A DNA stretch of 64,000 nt from a virus (Duplodnaviria; Caudoviricetes): IMG/VR virus record IMGVR_UViG_3300024346_000004; one strand, 5' to 3'. Position 1 is the stretch's first letter, and each line of letters starts with the position of its first letter. Both the position numbers and the translations under genes were made by a program. The notes under the pieces were generated by a model, which did not search any database, had not been told where the DNA came from, and was given only the letters and a program-made list of their open reading frames with translations. Shown here in pieces: positions 48,962 through 60,100 of this stretch.

Positions 48962-50319
48962 TGGGTGTTTTTTCTTCTCCTAGTATTCCTTTGGAGGGTC
49001 TTGTTTTTTCAATAGATGCTGGAAATTCAAAAAGCTATTCTGGATCTGGCACAAATGTAAATGATCCTATTAATAGTATATCTGGGGTTATGAACAATGG
49101 AGTTGGCTTCAGTACTCTCATAGGTGGATATTTTTCATTCGACGGTACAGATGACAAAATTTTATATCCATTAAATTCAACTTATGACATATCTCAATCT
49201 ATAACCATTGAAGCACATATCAGACCTTTAAATTATACTTCAGCAGGTGGTGGAGGGATGATTATTACAAAAGTAGCTTCTTATTATCTTGAACTCGCTT
49301 TAAATGGAAAAATAAGAGTATATTTTGGTGGATTAAACTCTCCAGGATATCATGAAAGTGTTGGCACTGTATATCTTAATGTTTGGACTCATGTTGCAAT
49401 TACTAGAGACTTTGCTAATAATACTATAAATATTTATATCAATGGTGTGCTAGATAGAACAGTCAGCGGAATTACAGGGAATATAACTGTTCAGCAAACT
49501 TATGGATTATCTGTAGGGGGATATTCTGCTGGAGGATATTTATTTATAGGTCATATAGCTTGTGGAAAAATCTATAATAGAGCCTTATCTGCAGCAGAAG
49601 TAGCACAATTATATAATGCTACAAAAGATCGATATTCATATAAAGCAGATATTATTAAAAATGGACTTCTTCTTAATTATGACATATCTTCTAATTTGTC
49701 ATATACCAGCCCAGATACTTACATACAAAGCACAATCAATAACTACCCTGGATTGGTTGTAAATGGCCCAACTTATAGCTCAAATAATGGTGGATATTTA
49801 AATTTTGATGGAACTAATGATCATATTTTAGTTTACAATAGTCCTTTTGGATTTACCTCAGAAAGTTTTACATATTCTTATTGGATTTATATTAATAGCT
49901 TTACAACGAATTTAGCAAATCAAGGTCCAATTCCATATTATAAAGGTGATTATCAGATAAATGGATATTACTCTCAAATAGGTTCAGATGGAAGTTATTT
50001 CTTTGGTACGAATCAAGGCGGAGCTATGCAATTTAGTGGTACAGCAGCAGCAACTTTTACTACAGGTGTTTGGTATTATATTTCAGATGTAAGAAATGGA
50101 TCTTCTGTAAGAATTTATGTAAATGGTATTGATAGGACAAGTGTTGCAGGTACTCATATAAATCCATCTTATTCCAATTCAGGTTTATACATTGGATCTT
50201 ATAGAACGTTTATTTTTAGCAATATTAGAATAGGAAATTTTAAAGTTTACAACAGAGCACTAAATTCCACTGAAATTTTGTCAAATTTCAATGCTCTTCG
50301 TGGTAGATTCGGTATATAA
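48961..50319 (+). CDS. Double LamG domain protein
   Basis: Two FDGT.D...YNRAL blocks. Confidence 0.85.
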   Translation: MGVFSSPSIPLEGLVFSIDAGNSKSYSGSGTNVNDPINSISGVMNNGVGFSTLIGGYFSFDGTDDKILYPLNSTYDISQSITIEAHIRPLNYTSAGGGGMIITKVASYYLELALNGKIRVYFGGLNSPGYHESVGTVYLNVWTHVAITRDFANNTINIYINGVLDRTVSGITGNITVQQTYGLSVGGYSAGGYLFIGHIACGKIYNRALSAAEVAQLYNATKDRYSYKADIIKNGLLLNYDISSNLSYTSPDTYIQSTINNYPGLVVNGPTYSSNNGGYLNFDGTNDHILVYNSPFGFTSESFTYSYWIYINSFTTNLANQGPIPYYKGDYQINGYYSQIGSDGSYFFGTNQGGAMQFSGTAAATFTTGVWYYISDVRNGSSVRIYVNGIDRTSVAGTHINPSYSNSGLYIGSYRTFIFSNIRIGNFKVYNRALNSTEILSNFNALRGRFGI

Positions 50320-50341
50320 TATAATAGAAAGGAAAAATATT

Positions 50342-50599
50342 ATGGAAGATCGTAATTATGTTATTTTTGATGCTGATGAGGTAGACAAGATTGATTTCAC
50401 CCAAGTTTTAGAAACATCTGCGGAAACATTGAGATTTTCAGTAGACGGCACTAAGACTTTCGTAAAATTTGAAGGTAGCACTCCAGCTTGTTTAGATCAA
50501 GTTACATCAAAATCAGAAGCGTATTCTCATTCTGAAATTCTTGTACTTCTCGCTACAGAAGAATGGACAAACCCAAATCCAATGGGAATTCCAGAATAA
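50342..50599 (+). CDS. Small hypothetical phage protein accompanying the LamG genes
   Basis: MEDRNYVIFD...IDFTQVLETSAETLRFSVDGTKTFVKFEG; start moved to ATG 50342 after AAGGA. Confidence 0.75.
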   Translation: MEDRNYVIFDADEVDKIDFTQVLETSAETLRFSVDGTKTFVKFEGSTPACLDQVTSKSEAYSHSEILVLLATEEWTNPNPMGIPE

Positions 50600-50635
50600 A
50601 CAGTATAATTTTGTTTGATTGTGCCTAAATAGATT

Positions 50636-50665
50636 AAAAGAATTAAAGGGCTCGATCTTGAATAT
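50636..50665 (+). promoter_or_regulatory. AAGA-N18-GAAT promoter
   Basis: AAAAGA-N18-GAATAT before 50697. Confidence 0.55.
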
Positions 50666-50696
50666 AATAGAGAGCTCTTTACTCTTTTGATTTCCT

Positions 50697-53447
50697 ATGG
50701 CTAATTCAGATAAAAATATACGAATAGTTCCAAACAAGAATTCTTCTACTGACACTCCGTTTATAAGGTTTGTCGGTCAAAGTAATGCCCCGATACTTCT
50801 AAGAGTACTAGATGATAATACTCTTTCATTTGAAGGATCATCGGGGCAACTTTTTTCTTTAAATAATAACCTCACTACTGGCTGGATATTTTCTGTTTCT
50901 GATATATCCGGTATTCCATCATTTAGAATTAATGCTGATGGAACTGTAGGACTAGCCGAGTATACAGGCAATATTGGTATAGGTACTGCTGGAACTACAC
51001 CAACTTTTAAAATCACAGCAGGAACAAATACAGCTACATCCACCGCAACACCATTAACAGCTTCTTTAGGCGGTACATATTCTTCGACCGCTGGAGCAAA
51101 TCCTAAGTTAAGATTATATTATGACGGAACAAACTCTTCAGGATTTGGATACAGCAATAATCAATTAGAATCTATCGCAAGAAGTACAGATGATTTTGTA
51201 TGGTACTTCGGCGGTACACAAAAAGCTAGGTTAACAGCTGCGGGTAATTTAGGACTCACAGCAGCAGGAACAGTATCATCTAAATTATTCCTAGAAACTA
51301 ATGCAGCAGCTCAAGTTGGTATTGTTGTTAAAGGATTTGCTTCTCAGACAGGCAATCTTTTAGAACTTCAAGATTCTACAGGAGCAATTAAATATAGAGT
51401 AGCTTCTGATGGTGCTATTTATAATGCTATCACTACCGCTGGATCAACAACAAGCGTCAGATCTGTGTCGTTGCTTGGTGATGGTAATGAAACTTTCTAT
51501 GTAACTAAAGGCGGATATATTTCTGGTAATGCAATTCAGAATCTTTCGCAAAATACAGGAATAGATTTTGGTGGCAATAGATTAAATGTTACAGGACAAA
51601 TATGGACTGGAAATTCAATTTATTTTTCCACCTCCGGAGCTTATTTATTTCAAACTACCAATAAATCTTACTTTCTTTCTAATGGTACTGCTCTAATTTC
51701 TGGTATTTCTGTTCAAGCTTCTTCATGGGCAGAAAATACAAGAACTTTAGGAATAAGTAGTCCTAGTGGTGGTGAAAGAAGTTATTTTGGTGGCTATGGC
51801 AACTTAGTAATCAACATAACCGGATACAATTCTTCTGTTGGCTGGGATGCTACAAATCTACTCTATGCAAATATTGAAAAATTTGGTACATATACAGGTA
51901 ATTTAGCTCAATTTGCTGTTTCAGGGGTAGATAGATTTATTGTTGGCCCTAATGCAGATACAAGTATATTATTAGGATCAAATACAGCAGTTGGTCTTAA
52001 GATTAAAGCTACTGCATCTCAATCTGCTAATCTTATAGAACTTCAAGATTCTACAGGGGCAGTTAAAACATATTTTGATAATAATGGAAGACTTAGAATA
52101 TCCGGTGTTATTAATCATTTCGATGGATCTACTCCTAAAATATCTGTTTATCACGATAATAGTGCTGGCGGTGGAATATTAGTCAAAGGTCAAAATTCTG
52201 ATGCCTTTGCTGCGATAGAAGTACAAACCAATAGCGGAACTACATTTAGAGCTTTTCCATCAGGTTTAGTAGAAGCAATTAAATATACTGGCTATCAGAT
52301 TGTATTAAATTGTACTGTTTATCCAGGATCTACTGAATTTATAATGTTCAATAGTCCTGCAGGATTAATGGAATATAATTCTGCTGGAACAATTGCATTA
52401 CAAAGAAATTTCAATATACAGGGACATATTTTAAGATTTGCTGGATCTCCTACAACAATTTCAAAAGCTGTAGTAGTTCAATTGTCTGGTGCTAACTCTG
52501 CTGGCTCCAACTGTACTATTGATGAAAATATTGTATTTAGAGTTTTAACAAATATTACAACTGCTAAGGGAATTGTAGTCCAAGCAGCCACATCTCAGAC
52601 AGCAAATCTCTTAGAATTTCAAAATAGCTCTTCTGGAATATTATCTTTTGTAAATCCTTCAGGTTCATTCTTACCAACAACTTCAGGATTATCATTAGGT
52701 GGTAGTAGTAATAGATGGAATTTATTTGCGACAAGTGGAGATTTTAATAATACAGTAAGTTTATCTCCATCAGCATCCACCACAGAATTAAGATTTTATG
52801 AATTAGCAGCAAATGGAGCTGATTACACAGCCTTCAAAGCTCCTAATATTCATGAACAATCTATTACATATACATTACCAGCTATTGCCCCAGCTCTCAA
52901 TCAAGTATTAACAGCTTCTTCAGTATCAGGTGGTAACGTAACATTATCTTGGGGTGCTGCTTCTTCTGGAACATTATCCGGCGGTGGTACTCAATATGCA
53001 ATCCCTATGTGGACAAATACAAGTTCATTAGGCGATTCTATCATAACTCAAAATGCTGGAGCAACACAAATTACTGTAGCTGGTAATTTTAGAGCAACAA
53101 CAAAAAGCTTTTTAATTGATCATCCATCATTCCCCGACAAGCTTTTAGAACATGGATCTTTAGAAGGACCCGAACATGGAGCTTATGTCCGAGGTAGGGC
53201 TAGTGGAATAAATTATGTCACTATACAACTACCAGACTATTGGAAAGACTTAGTAGAAGAAGATTATAGCATTTATATCACTTCCAGATGCAATTCCAGT
53301 CTTTTCGTAGTCTCCCAGTCACAAAATTCGTTTAAGATATCAAGGACAGGGTTACTGTTCTTGAGAAAAATTAAAATAGAATTTGATTATTATTGTGTTG
53401 GAGATCGTAAAGATCAGAAACTCGAATTAGTTCAAGACAAGGTGTAA
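50697..53447 (+). CDS. Long tail fibre protein with a C-terminal KSF.I.HP...LEGPE domain
   Basis: LSFEGSSGQLFS, FSVSDISGIP, three SQT.NL.E.Q modules, LRFYE...FKAP, TKSFLIDHP...LEGPE. Confidence 0.8.
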   Translation: MANSDKNIRIVPNKNSSTDTPFIRFVGQSNAPILLRVLDDNTLSFEGSSGQLFSLNNNLTTGWIFSVSDISGIPSFRINADGTVGLAEYTGNIGIGTAGTTPTFKITAGTNTATSTATPLTASLGGTYSSTAGANPKLRLYYDGTNSSGFGYSNNQLESIARSTDDFVWYFGGTQKARLTAAGNLGLTAAGTVSSKLFLETNAAAQVGIVVKGFASQTGNLLELQDSTGAIKYRVASDGAIYNAITTAGSTTSVRSVSLLGDGNETFYVTKGGYISGNAIQNLSQNTGIDFGGNRLNVTGQIWTGNSIYFSTSGAYLFQTTNKSYFLSNGTALISGISVQASSWAENTRTLGISSPSGGERSYFGGYGNLVINITGYNSSVGWDATNLLYANIEKFGTYTGNLAQFAVSGVDRFIVGPNADTSILLGSNTAVGLKIKATASQSANLIELQDSTGAVKTYFDNNGRLRISGVINHFDGSTPKISVYHDNSAGGGILVKGQNSDAFAAIEVQTNSGTTFRAFPSGLVEAIKYTGYQIVLNCTVYPGSTEFIMFNSPAGLMEYNSAGTIALQRNFNIQGHILRFAGSPTTISKAVVVQLSGANSAGSNCTIDENIVFRVLTNITTAKGIVVQAATSQTANLLEFQNSSSGILSFVNPSGSFLPTTSGLSLGGSSNRWNLFATSGDFNNTVSLSPSASTTELRFYELAANGADYTAFKAPNIHEQSITYTLPAIAPALNQVLTASSVSGGNVTLSWGAASSGTLSGGGTQYAIPMWTNTSSLGDSIITQNAGATQITVAGNFRATTKSFLIDHPSFPDKLLEHGSLEGPEHGAYVRGRASGINYVTIQLPDYWKDLVEEDYSIYITSRCNSSLFVVSQSQNSFKISRTGLLFLRKIKIEFDYYCVGDRKDQKLELVQDKV
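53341..53370 (+). promoter_or_regulatory. AGGA-N18-GAA promoter inside the upstream gene end
   Basis: CAAGGA-N18-GAAAAA, ~80 nt before 53452. Confidence 0.5.
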
Positions 53448-53451
53448 AAAA

Positions 53452-56400
53452 ATGGCAGATAATTTTTCAGATAAAGTAGTAAAGAAACTACAAAAGCAGA
53501 ATTTAGCAGTAGATTTGACAGAAGAAATTGTTGAAGAAGCAGTACCTGAAGCAGTGCCTGAAACGGTACTAGAAGAAGCTGTCATACAAAGCCAAGATGT
53601 CCAATCTATGGGAGCAAATGATGTAACAGCATTTTCACCTGGACAGGTTGGTGGATTGACAATGCTTGACGCTATATATAAAGATATTATTATATCTCCT
53701 GGGCCTCGTAATTCTGGTCAAACTCAAAGTACGGCTTCACAGATTAATTTCTATAATAGCACATCAGCTGTTGCTTTTGATACTACAGGTTATGACCAAC
53801 AATATCGTGCTACAATATTCAATTATATTGAAGGTGACGCAGCTCCGGCTCTTGTGATTGGTGGTTATAATGGAATAAATTATGCTCCAACAACTACGTG
53901 GGGTGGCACTACTGGTTTAACTGTTGCTAAAATTTGGATTCACCCTTTTACTGGCAAAGTTGATGCTAGTATTTTTGATGGTAATAAATTAGTATTATCG
54001 CAAACTAATAATACTCCTCAAATATCTTTTGGTAATACAGCTACTACACAATCATCATTGGCCACAGCTGGAGATCTTGCATGGGATGGTACTACTTTCA
54101 AAGTACATAATGGAACATCTGTACAAACTCTTGCCTATTCATCGGAAGTACCTGGTGCTCAATTTATTTTTAAGAATATGTTTGACGGCACTAATACTGC
54201 TACTGCTGATGGCGTAAACGACACATTCACTTTTACCGCTGGAAATGGTATTACTTGTACTATTAATGCTTCTACCGATACATTAACTATAGCCACTGCT
54301 AATATACCTAATGGTTCTCTTACAAATTCAGCTGTAACTATAGGTAGTACATCTGTTTCATTAGGAAGCACGGTTACAACATTTACTGGTTTAAGTTCTG
54401 TTACTTCTACTACATTTGTTGGTGCACTTAATGGTAATGCCAATACTGCTACTAGTGCTGCTACTCTTACAACAGCAAGAAATATTCAAGGTGTTTCTTT
54501 CAATGGTTCTGCTGATATTACAGTTGTTACCAATGGTACTGGTGTAACTGTATCAGGCACATCAGTTTCGATTGGACAAGTAGTAGGAACAAGTTCAGCA
54601 GTTACATTTGGATCTGTGGCGGCTAATAGTGTAAGAATTGGAAATTCGCCAGGAACCGTTGATACATCTAGTGGTAACTTAATATTAGATTCAACTGGTG
54701 GACAGGTAACTATTAATGATAATGTTGTTATTACTGGTTCTTCAGTCACTCTCGCAGCAGCATCAACATCAACAATTTCTGCTAATAGTAATAAAATTAC
54801 AAATGTAGCAACTCCTACAGTTGGGACCGATGCTGCCAATAAATCATATGTAGATGGATTAATTCAAGGCTTAGATGTCCATGACAATGTGAGAGCTATG
54901 GCAGCTACAGCTATCAATACCAGTGTATTATATTTTCAGACAAATGCAGCTTCTTCAACGTCCGGAACTGCTACTGGAACATGTTATATTGAATCTTCTG
55001 CAAACCAGGCATTAAGTGCTGCATATTTTGATAATATTACTCTGAATTCTGGCAGTATTACAACAGGTGATCGTGTTTTAGTTACCGCTGGAGCATCAAC
55101 AGCTACATATAATATTGGTGGTGTGACAACTACTCCTACAGGTGGGGTAAACGTCATGAACGGTGTTTATGTTGTTACTAATGCAGGTAGCGTTTCCACT
55201 AAATGGAGATTAGATAGAGCTTTAGACTCTGATGACAACATAGAACTAGAGGGTGGTACTTTCGTCTTTGTTCAGGAAGGTGATGTTTATAAAGATACTG
55301 GCTGGTTGATGACAAACAATACATCAGTAACAAAACTTTCAATTGGCAGTGATGCTATTACTTTCACACAATTTTCTAGTGCTGGTCAGATTGAAGCTGG
55401 TACTGGTTTACTTAAAAATGGCAACACTATTAATGCACAAGGAACAACTAACAGAATTTCGGTTAGTCCAGATAACATTGATATTGACGCTAATTATGCC
55501 GGACAAACAAGTATCACAACATTAGGCACAATCGGTACAGGTACATGGAATGCTTCAACTATTGCTGTTGCCAAGGGTGGTACTGGAGCTACATCATTTA
55601 CCGCTAATACTGTGTTATACGGCAACGGTACTGGTGCTATACAGGCAACATCAGTTGCTGGAACTTCAGGTCAATTATTAGTAGCTAATGCAACAGGAGT
55701 TCCTACTTTTGTAAGCTTAGGCGGAGATGCTTCATTAGTTGCTGCTGGAACATTAACCCTAAATACCGTCAACTCAAACACAGGAGGATTTGGAACTTCA
55801 ACTGCTATTCCTGCTATTACAGTGAATGGCAAGGGTTTAATTACAGCAGTATCTACAAATACAATACCAGATGCCACTACTGGAATTAAGGGTATTGCTT
55901 CATTCAGTTCATCGCATTTTTCAGTAACATCTGGAGCTGTATCTTTAAGTACAGTTGCTATTGCAAGTGGTGGTCTTAACAGAACAACAGCAATTTCTGG
56001 TTTTGTTTATGGAGACGGTACAGGATATGCTGCTGCAACCGCTGCTAATCTTAACTCTTTACATGGAACCCAAACAGCCAATACTGTTTATGCTGCTCCA
56101 AATGGCTCTAGTAGTGTCCCAAGCTTTAGAGCTCTTGTTGCTGCTGATCTTCCTACGGCTACAGTATCTGCATTAGGTGTAGCTTCATTCAATACATCAC
56201 ATTTTTCAGTAGCAGCTGGAGCTGTATCTTTAAATACAGTGACGATAGCTAAGGGTGGTACAAACGCTACAGGTCAAACAGGTAATGGTATCACATATTT
56301 TGACTCTACGAGTATTGTTTCAGGAAATAATCTTACTTTCAATCCGACAAATAATGGTGCGACAACAAGTTCAGCATTGTATGTAAACGCAGGTAGTGCA

Positions 56401-56898
56401 ACAACAGGTACTGCGATGTATGTTAATGCTGGAGCTTTAGCTGCTGGAAATGTATTAGTTGTCAATGGATTTGGTACAACAGGTAAGTTAATTTCTGGTC
56501 AAACAAGTGGAACGGAAAAATTCTCTGTTGATGTAAATGGAAACTTAAGAGCAACAACCAAGAGCTTTGATATTCCTCACCCTACAAAAGAAGGTAAGAG
56601 ACTTGTATACGGTGTTCTTGAAGGACCTGAACATGGAGTATATCATAGAGGAACTGTAGAGGGTAAAGATAAGATCAAGATTGAATTACCAGAATATTGG
56701 TACAAATTGGTGGGTGAAAATTACTCTGTTCAACTTACATCTTGGGGACCATATGCAGTTCATTTAGTTGAGAAAACAGAAAATTATTTTATAATACAAC
56801 TATCTAGCAATATCGTCATGAGAAAATTAAAAACAATTAAAGTGGATTATGTTGTTCACGGTGCTAGATTGGATGCTCCACTAGAAATTGAGCAATGA
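53452..56898 (+). CDS. Long tail fibre protein with a C-terminal KSF.I.HP...LEGPE domain
   Basis: KITNVATP..GTDAANKSYVD, GDRVLV...NGVY, YAGQTSITTLGTI, AKGGTG, TKSFDIPHP...LEGPE. Confidence 0.8.
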   Translation: MADNFSDKVVKKLQKQNLAVDLTEEIVEEAVPEAVPETVLEEAVIQSQDVQSMGANDVTAFSPGQVGGLTMLDAIYKDIIISPGPRNSGQTQSTASQINFYNSTSAVAFDTTGYDQQYRATIFNYIEGDAAPALVIGGYNGINYAPTTTWGGTTGLTVAKIWIHPFTGKVDASIFDGNKLVLSQTNNTPQISFGNTATTQSSLATAGDLAWDGTTFKVHNGTSVQTLAYSSEVPGAQFIFKNMFDGTNTATADGVNDTFTFTAGNGITCTINASTDTLTIATANIPNGSLTNSAVTIGSTSVSLGSTVTTFTGLSSVTSTTFVGALNGNANTATSAATLTTARNIQGVSFNGSADITVVTNGTGVTVSGTSVSIGQVVGTSSAVTFGSVAANSVRIGNSPGTVDTSSGNLILDSTGGQVTINDNVVITGSSVTLAAASTSTISANSNKITNVATPTVGTDAANKSYVDGLIQGLDVHDNVRAMAATAINTSVLYFQTNAASSTSGTATGTCYIESSANQALSAAYFDNITLNSGSITTGDRVLVTAGASTATYNIGGVTTTPTGGVNVMNGVYVVTNAGSVSTKWRLDRALDSDDNIELEGGTFVFVQEGDVYKDTGWLMTNNTSVTKLSIGSDAITFTQFSSAGQIEAGTGLLKNGNTINAQGTTNRISVSPDNIDIDANYAGQTSITTLGTIGTGTWNASTIAVAKGGTGATSFTANTVLYGNGTGAIQATSVAGTSGQLLVANATGVPTFVSLGGDASLVAAGTLTLNTVNSNTGGFGTSTAIPAITVNGKGLITAVSTNTIPDATTGIKGIASFSSSHFSVTSGAVSLSTVAIASGGLNRTTAISGFVYGDGTGYAAATAANLNSLHGTQTANTVYAAPNGSSSVPSFRALVAADLPTATVSALGVASFNTSHFSVAAGAVSLNTVTIAKGGTNATGQTGNGITYFDSTSIVSGNNLTFNPTNNGATTSSALYVNAGSATTGTAMYVNAGALAAGNVLVVNGFGTTGKLISGQTSGTEKFSVDVNGNLRATTKSFDIPHPTKEGKRLVYGVLEGPEHGVYHRGTVEGKDKIKIELPEYWYKLVGENYSVQLTSWGPYAVHLVEKTENYFIIQLSSNIVMRKLKTIKVDYVVHGARLDAPLEIEQ
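55897..56240 (+). repeat. Intragenic 59-nt direct repeat pair (55897-55955 and 56182-56240)
   Basis: 53/59 identical by manual alignment; encodes ASF.SSHFSV..GAVSL.T. Confidence 0.8.
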
Positions 56899-57155
56899 TG
56901 CATTTGTTCAGAGTTTATAAAGAAGATAATTTAAATGTTGCCTGGATCTCTATTGAAACAGGCAACATAGATATTGAAGCAGGTATAAGAATGGTATTTT
57001 CATTTTTAAACCTAGAACAACAAGTTATGTCTAAAAATTTATTCGTAATTCAAGGTGATGAATATAACGATCTTGGTAAAAGCGATACAGAGTTAAGTCT
57101 GGCTATTATCACCAAATTATTAGAATATACCAATTGCATCATCGTAAAAGAGTAG
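56895..57155 (+). CDS. Small hypothetical protein (possible fibre assembly factor)
   Basis: 86 aa; ATGA overlap, lies between fibre genes. Confidence 0.6.
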   Translation: MMHLFRVYKEDNLNVAWISIETGNIDIEAGIRMVFSFLNLEQQVMSKNLFVIQGDEYNDLGKSDTELSLAIITKLLEYTNCIIVKE

Positions 57156-57164
57156 AGGTGTTAA

Positions 57165-60100
57165 GTGGCTGTTGATGTTATTATAGATCCAAGTTCTGGT
57201 AAAATTTACTGGAATGATAATGCAGGATCTGGAACCGATCAGTCTATTGCAATTGCTGGTAATGCTTCAAATAAAATTGAATTTATAGGTTATTCTGGAG
57301 CATTTTCTGGTACTTCTGGTTCAGCTCCAGCATCTCCAGAAGCTAGAGTAGTTATTACTGATTCAGCTTCTGATACTTTAATTCCAGGTGTAAATGGCTA
57401 TGAATTAGGGAATAGTACTAATCGCTGGGCCGTTTCTGCTACTACATTAAATGCTACAGGCGCAATAACATTATCATATTCTCCTGCTACTGGTGTAAAT
57501 ACTAATCATACTTTAAGAATTACATCTGCCCCATTTGCAGAAGCTTCGGGTGCTGTTATTGAAATGGGAGCCACTACAGCTTTCGATAATTCTACAGCTA
57601 ATTTCTTTAATGGATCAGCAAATGGTACATATTTAGCTATCCGATCAGCTTCTACATTTACTGGTGATTATTTAAACTTTGGCAAACAAGATGGCACTAG
57701 TACAACATTCTCTGTAAGTTCAAATGGAAATGTTACGGTGAAAACTAGTAACCAGTTTGGATTTGTAGTTAATGATACTGCTAACGCAAACAAGTTTGTT
57801 GTTGATACAAATAATACTAGAGTTGGTATCGGTAAACCAGCTGATTATCCTTTAGATGTTCGCCATACAACTGGAAATACATCAACTGTCGCTTCTGTTA
57901 TTGATATAGAAACATTATCTTCGGGAACTACGGCTGCTGGTTTCGGTGGTGGATTATTATTTAGTAATAAGAATGCCAATGGTGGTACTGTATTATCAAA
58001 TCAAATTGAAGGTATTTTATCAGAAGTTGGAGCTTCATATAAAGGCTCTATATCTTTTAGGACAAACTCTTCTGGCACTAATACATTAAATGAAAGAATT
58101 AGAGTAAACTATAATTCTTTATTATTATATCCTTATGAATCAGCTGGAACTTTAGAGTTAAGATTTAATGCTCTAACAGGTGCAAATTATGTAGGATTTA
58201 AAGCTCCCGATACTATTTCTACTAATGTTATGTGGACATTACCATCGTCCGTTGGTTCTACTGGACAGTTTCTTAAAGTAGGAGCATCTGGAGTATTATC
58301 CTGGGATACCATTACAGCAGGTACAGGCACAGTAACGAGTATTGTAGCTGGAACTGGTCTTACTGGTGGAACAATTACAACTTCTGGAACTATAGCCATT
58401 GATACTACTGTAGTTCCGAGACTTTCTACGAATACTAATGCGTTCTCATCAGCAAACACCACAGGTTCTACTACTTCTTCTGCTTTTTCATTAGTTGCTA
58501 ATTCCTTGACATCTGGTACTGGAGCTTATTTTGCAAGTAATTCAGTAACTTCTGGAAAATTAGTAGATATAGCAATGACTGGAACAGCTGGATCATCCAA
58601 CAGATATGCATTAAATATTGCTGTATCTGGAGCAAATACAGCAAGTGTAACATCGCATGGTGTTTATTCAAATGTCACTGCTACTTCTTCCGTATCTGCT
58701 GTAAATATTGCTGGTGTATTTCTCGCAAGCGGTGGAGCAGCAAATGTCCCTATAAGATTAGGCTCTTCTACAGGCTATGTTAATTTCTTTATTAATACTG
58801 ATGGAACTGGAATTACTTTAAGTCCTTCATCAGCTGGAACACCTTTCTTTACTCTTGGTGGATATTCTGCAGTTGTTCCTGAATTTAGATTATGTGAAGC
58901 TGGCGGTTTCGGAGCTAAATATGTTGGCTTTAAAGCTCCAGTATCACTTGCTGCAAGTAAAATATGGGAATTACCTGGAGTTGATGGAACAAATGGACAG
59001 GTATTAACTTGGACAACTGGCGGTATTCTCACATGGTCTAACGTATCTGGTAGTGTATCAGTTGGGGGAACTAATAACGGTGATATACAATATAAATCTA
59101 GCACTTCATTAGGTGGATCTGCTAATTTAAATTATGATGCTACAAATAATGAACTAAAAGTATTAAATTATAATCCTACAAATTCTGCTTCAACAGCTGC
59201 ATTAAAAATTCTAACAGGTACTACATGGACTGGTTCTGGCAGTGGTACATTAATTGCCGGAAATGCAGTAACAGGATTTGCAGGAAACTTAATAGATTTA
59301 CAAGTCGCTGCAGCATCTAAATTTAAAGTTAGTGCTACAGGTGCTGTAACTATTGCCAATGCTTACACATTGCCTATTACAACTCCAGATGCTGCAGGTC
59401 TATTTTTGTATTATGATGGTACTGATCTTATCTGGGAAGCTAACTCATCAGGAAATATTGTAGCTCAATCATCTACTAACGGTAATAAAGTTGCCTATTA
59501 TAATGCCGCTGGCTCTGCTCTAGATGGTGCTGAAGGTTTAATTTATGAAACTACCGGAACTAATTTATCTGTCTTAGCAACAGGTATTGGAGTGATTCCA
59601 TTATCAATTACAGCATTTACAGGTCATACTGCATCTATTTTCAAAGCTATTTTAAATGCAACAGATGTATTTGTCATTAATAATTCTGGTAATATTTCAA
59701 CAGGAACATGGAATGCTTCAGCTATTGGTGTAGCATACGGCGGGACAGGACAAACAACATATACAAATGGTCAAATACTAATAGGTAATTCCACAGGTAA
59801 TACATTAACAAAAACAACACTGTCTGCTGGTTCTGGTGTTGATATTGCTAATGGTGCTGGTTCTATTACAATTAGACAAAAAAGACCATTATATTTGACA
59901 TTTTGTGCTGGTTTTACTCCTGCTGCATCTGGCGTTGATACGGTTGTTCTAAGAATTCCAGACAGCCCTGCAGATGGTTCGACATCTATATCTTATAACG
60001 TAAGAGAATTATTTATAAGAGTAGAAACAGCTTCTGCTGGGACCTCTTCTGTTCATGTTCAATACTATACTGGGTCTGGAGCATTTTCGTCAACAGGCAA

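Noticed and set aside
55897-56240. 59-nt near-identical pair as a DGR template/variable repeat
   Set aside because: Both copies are in frame inside one ORF, 2 of the 6 mismatches cannot be explained by adenine mutagenesis from the better template candidate, and no reverse transcriptase is in the window.
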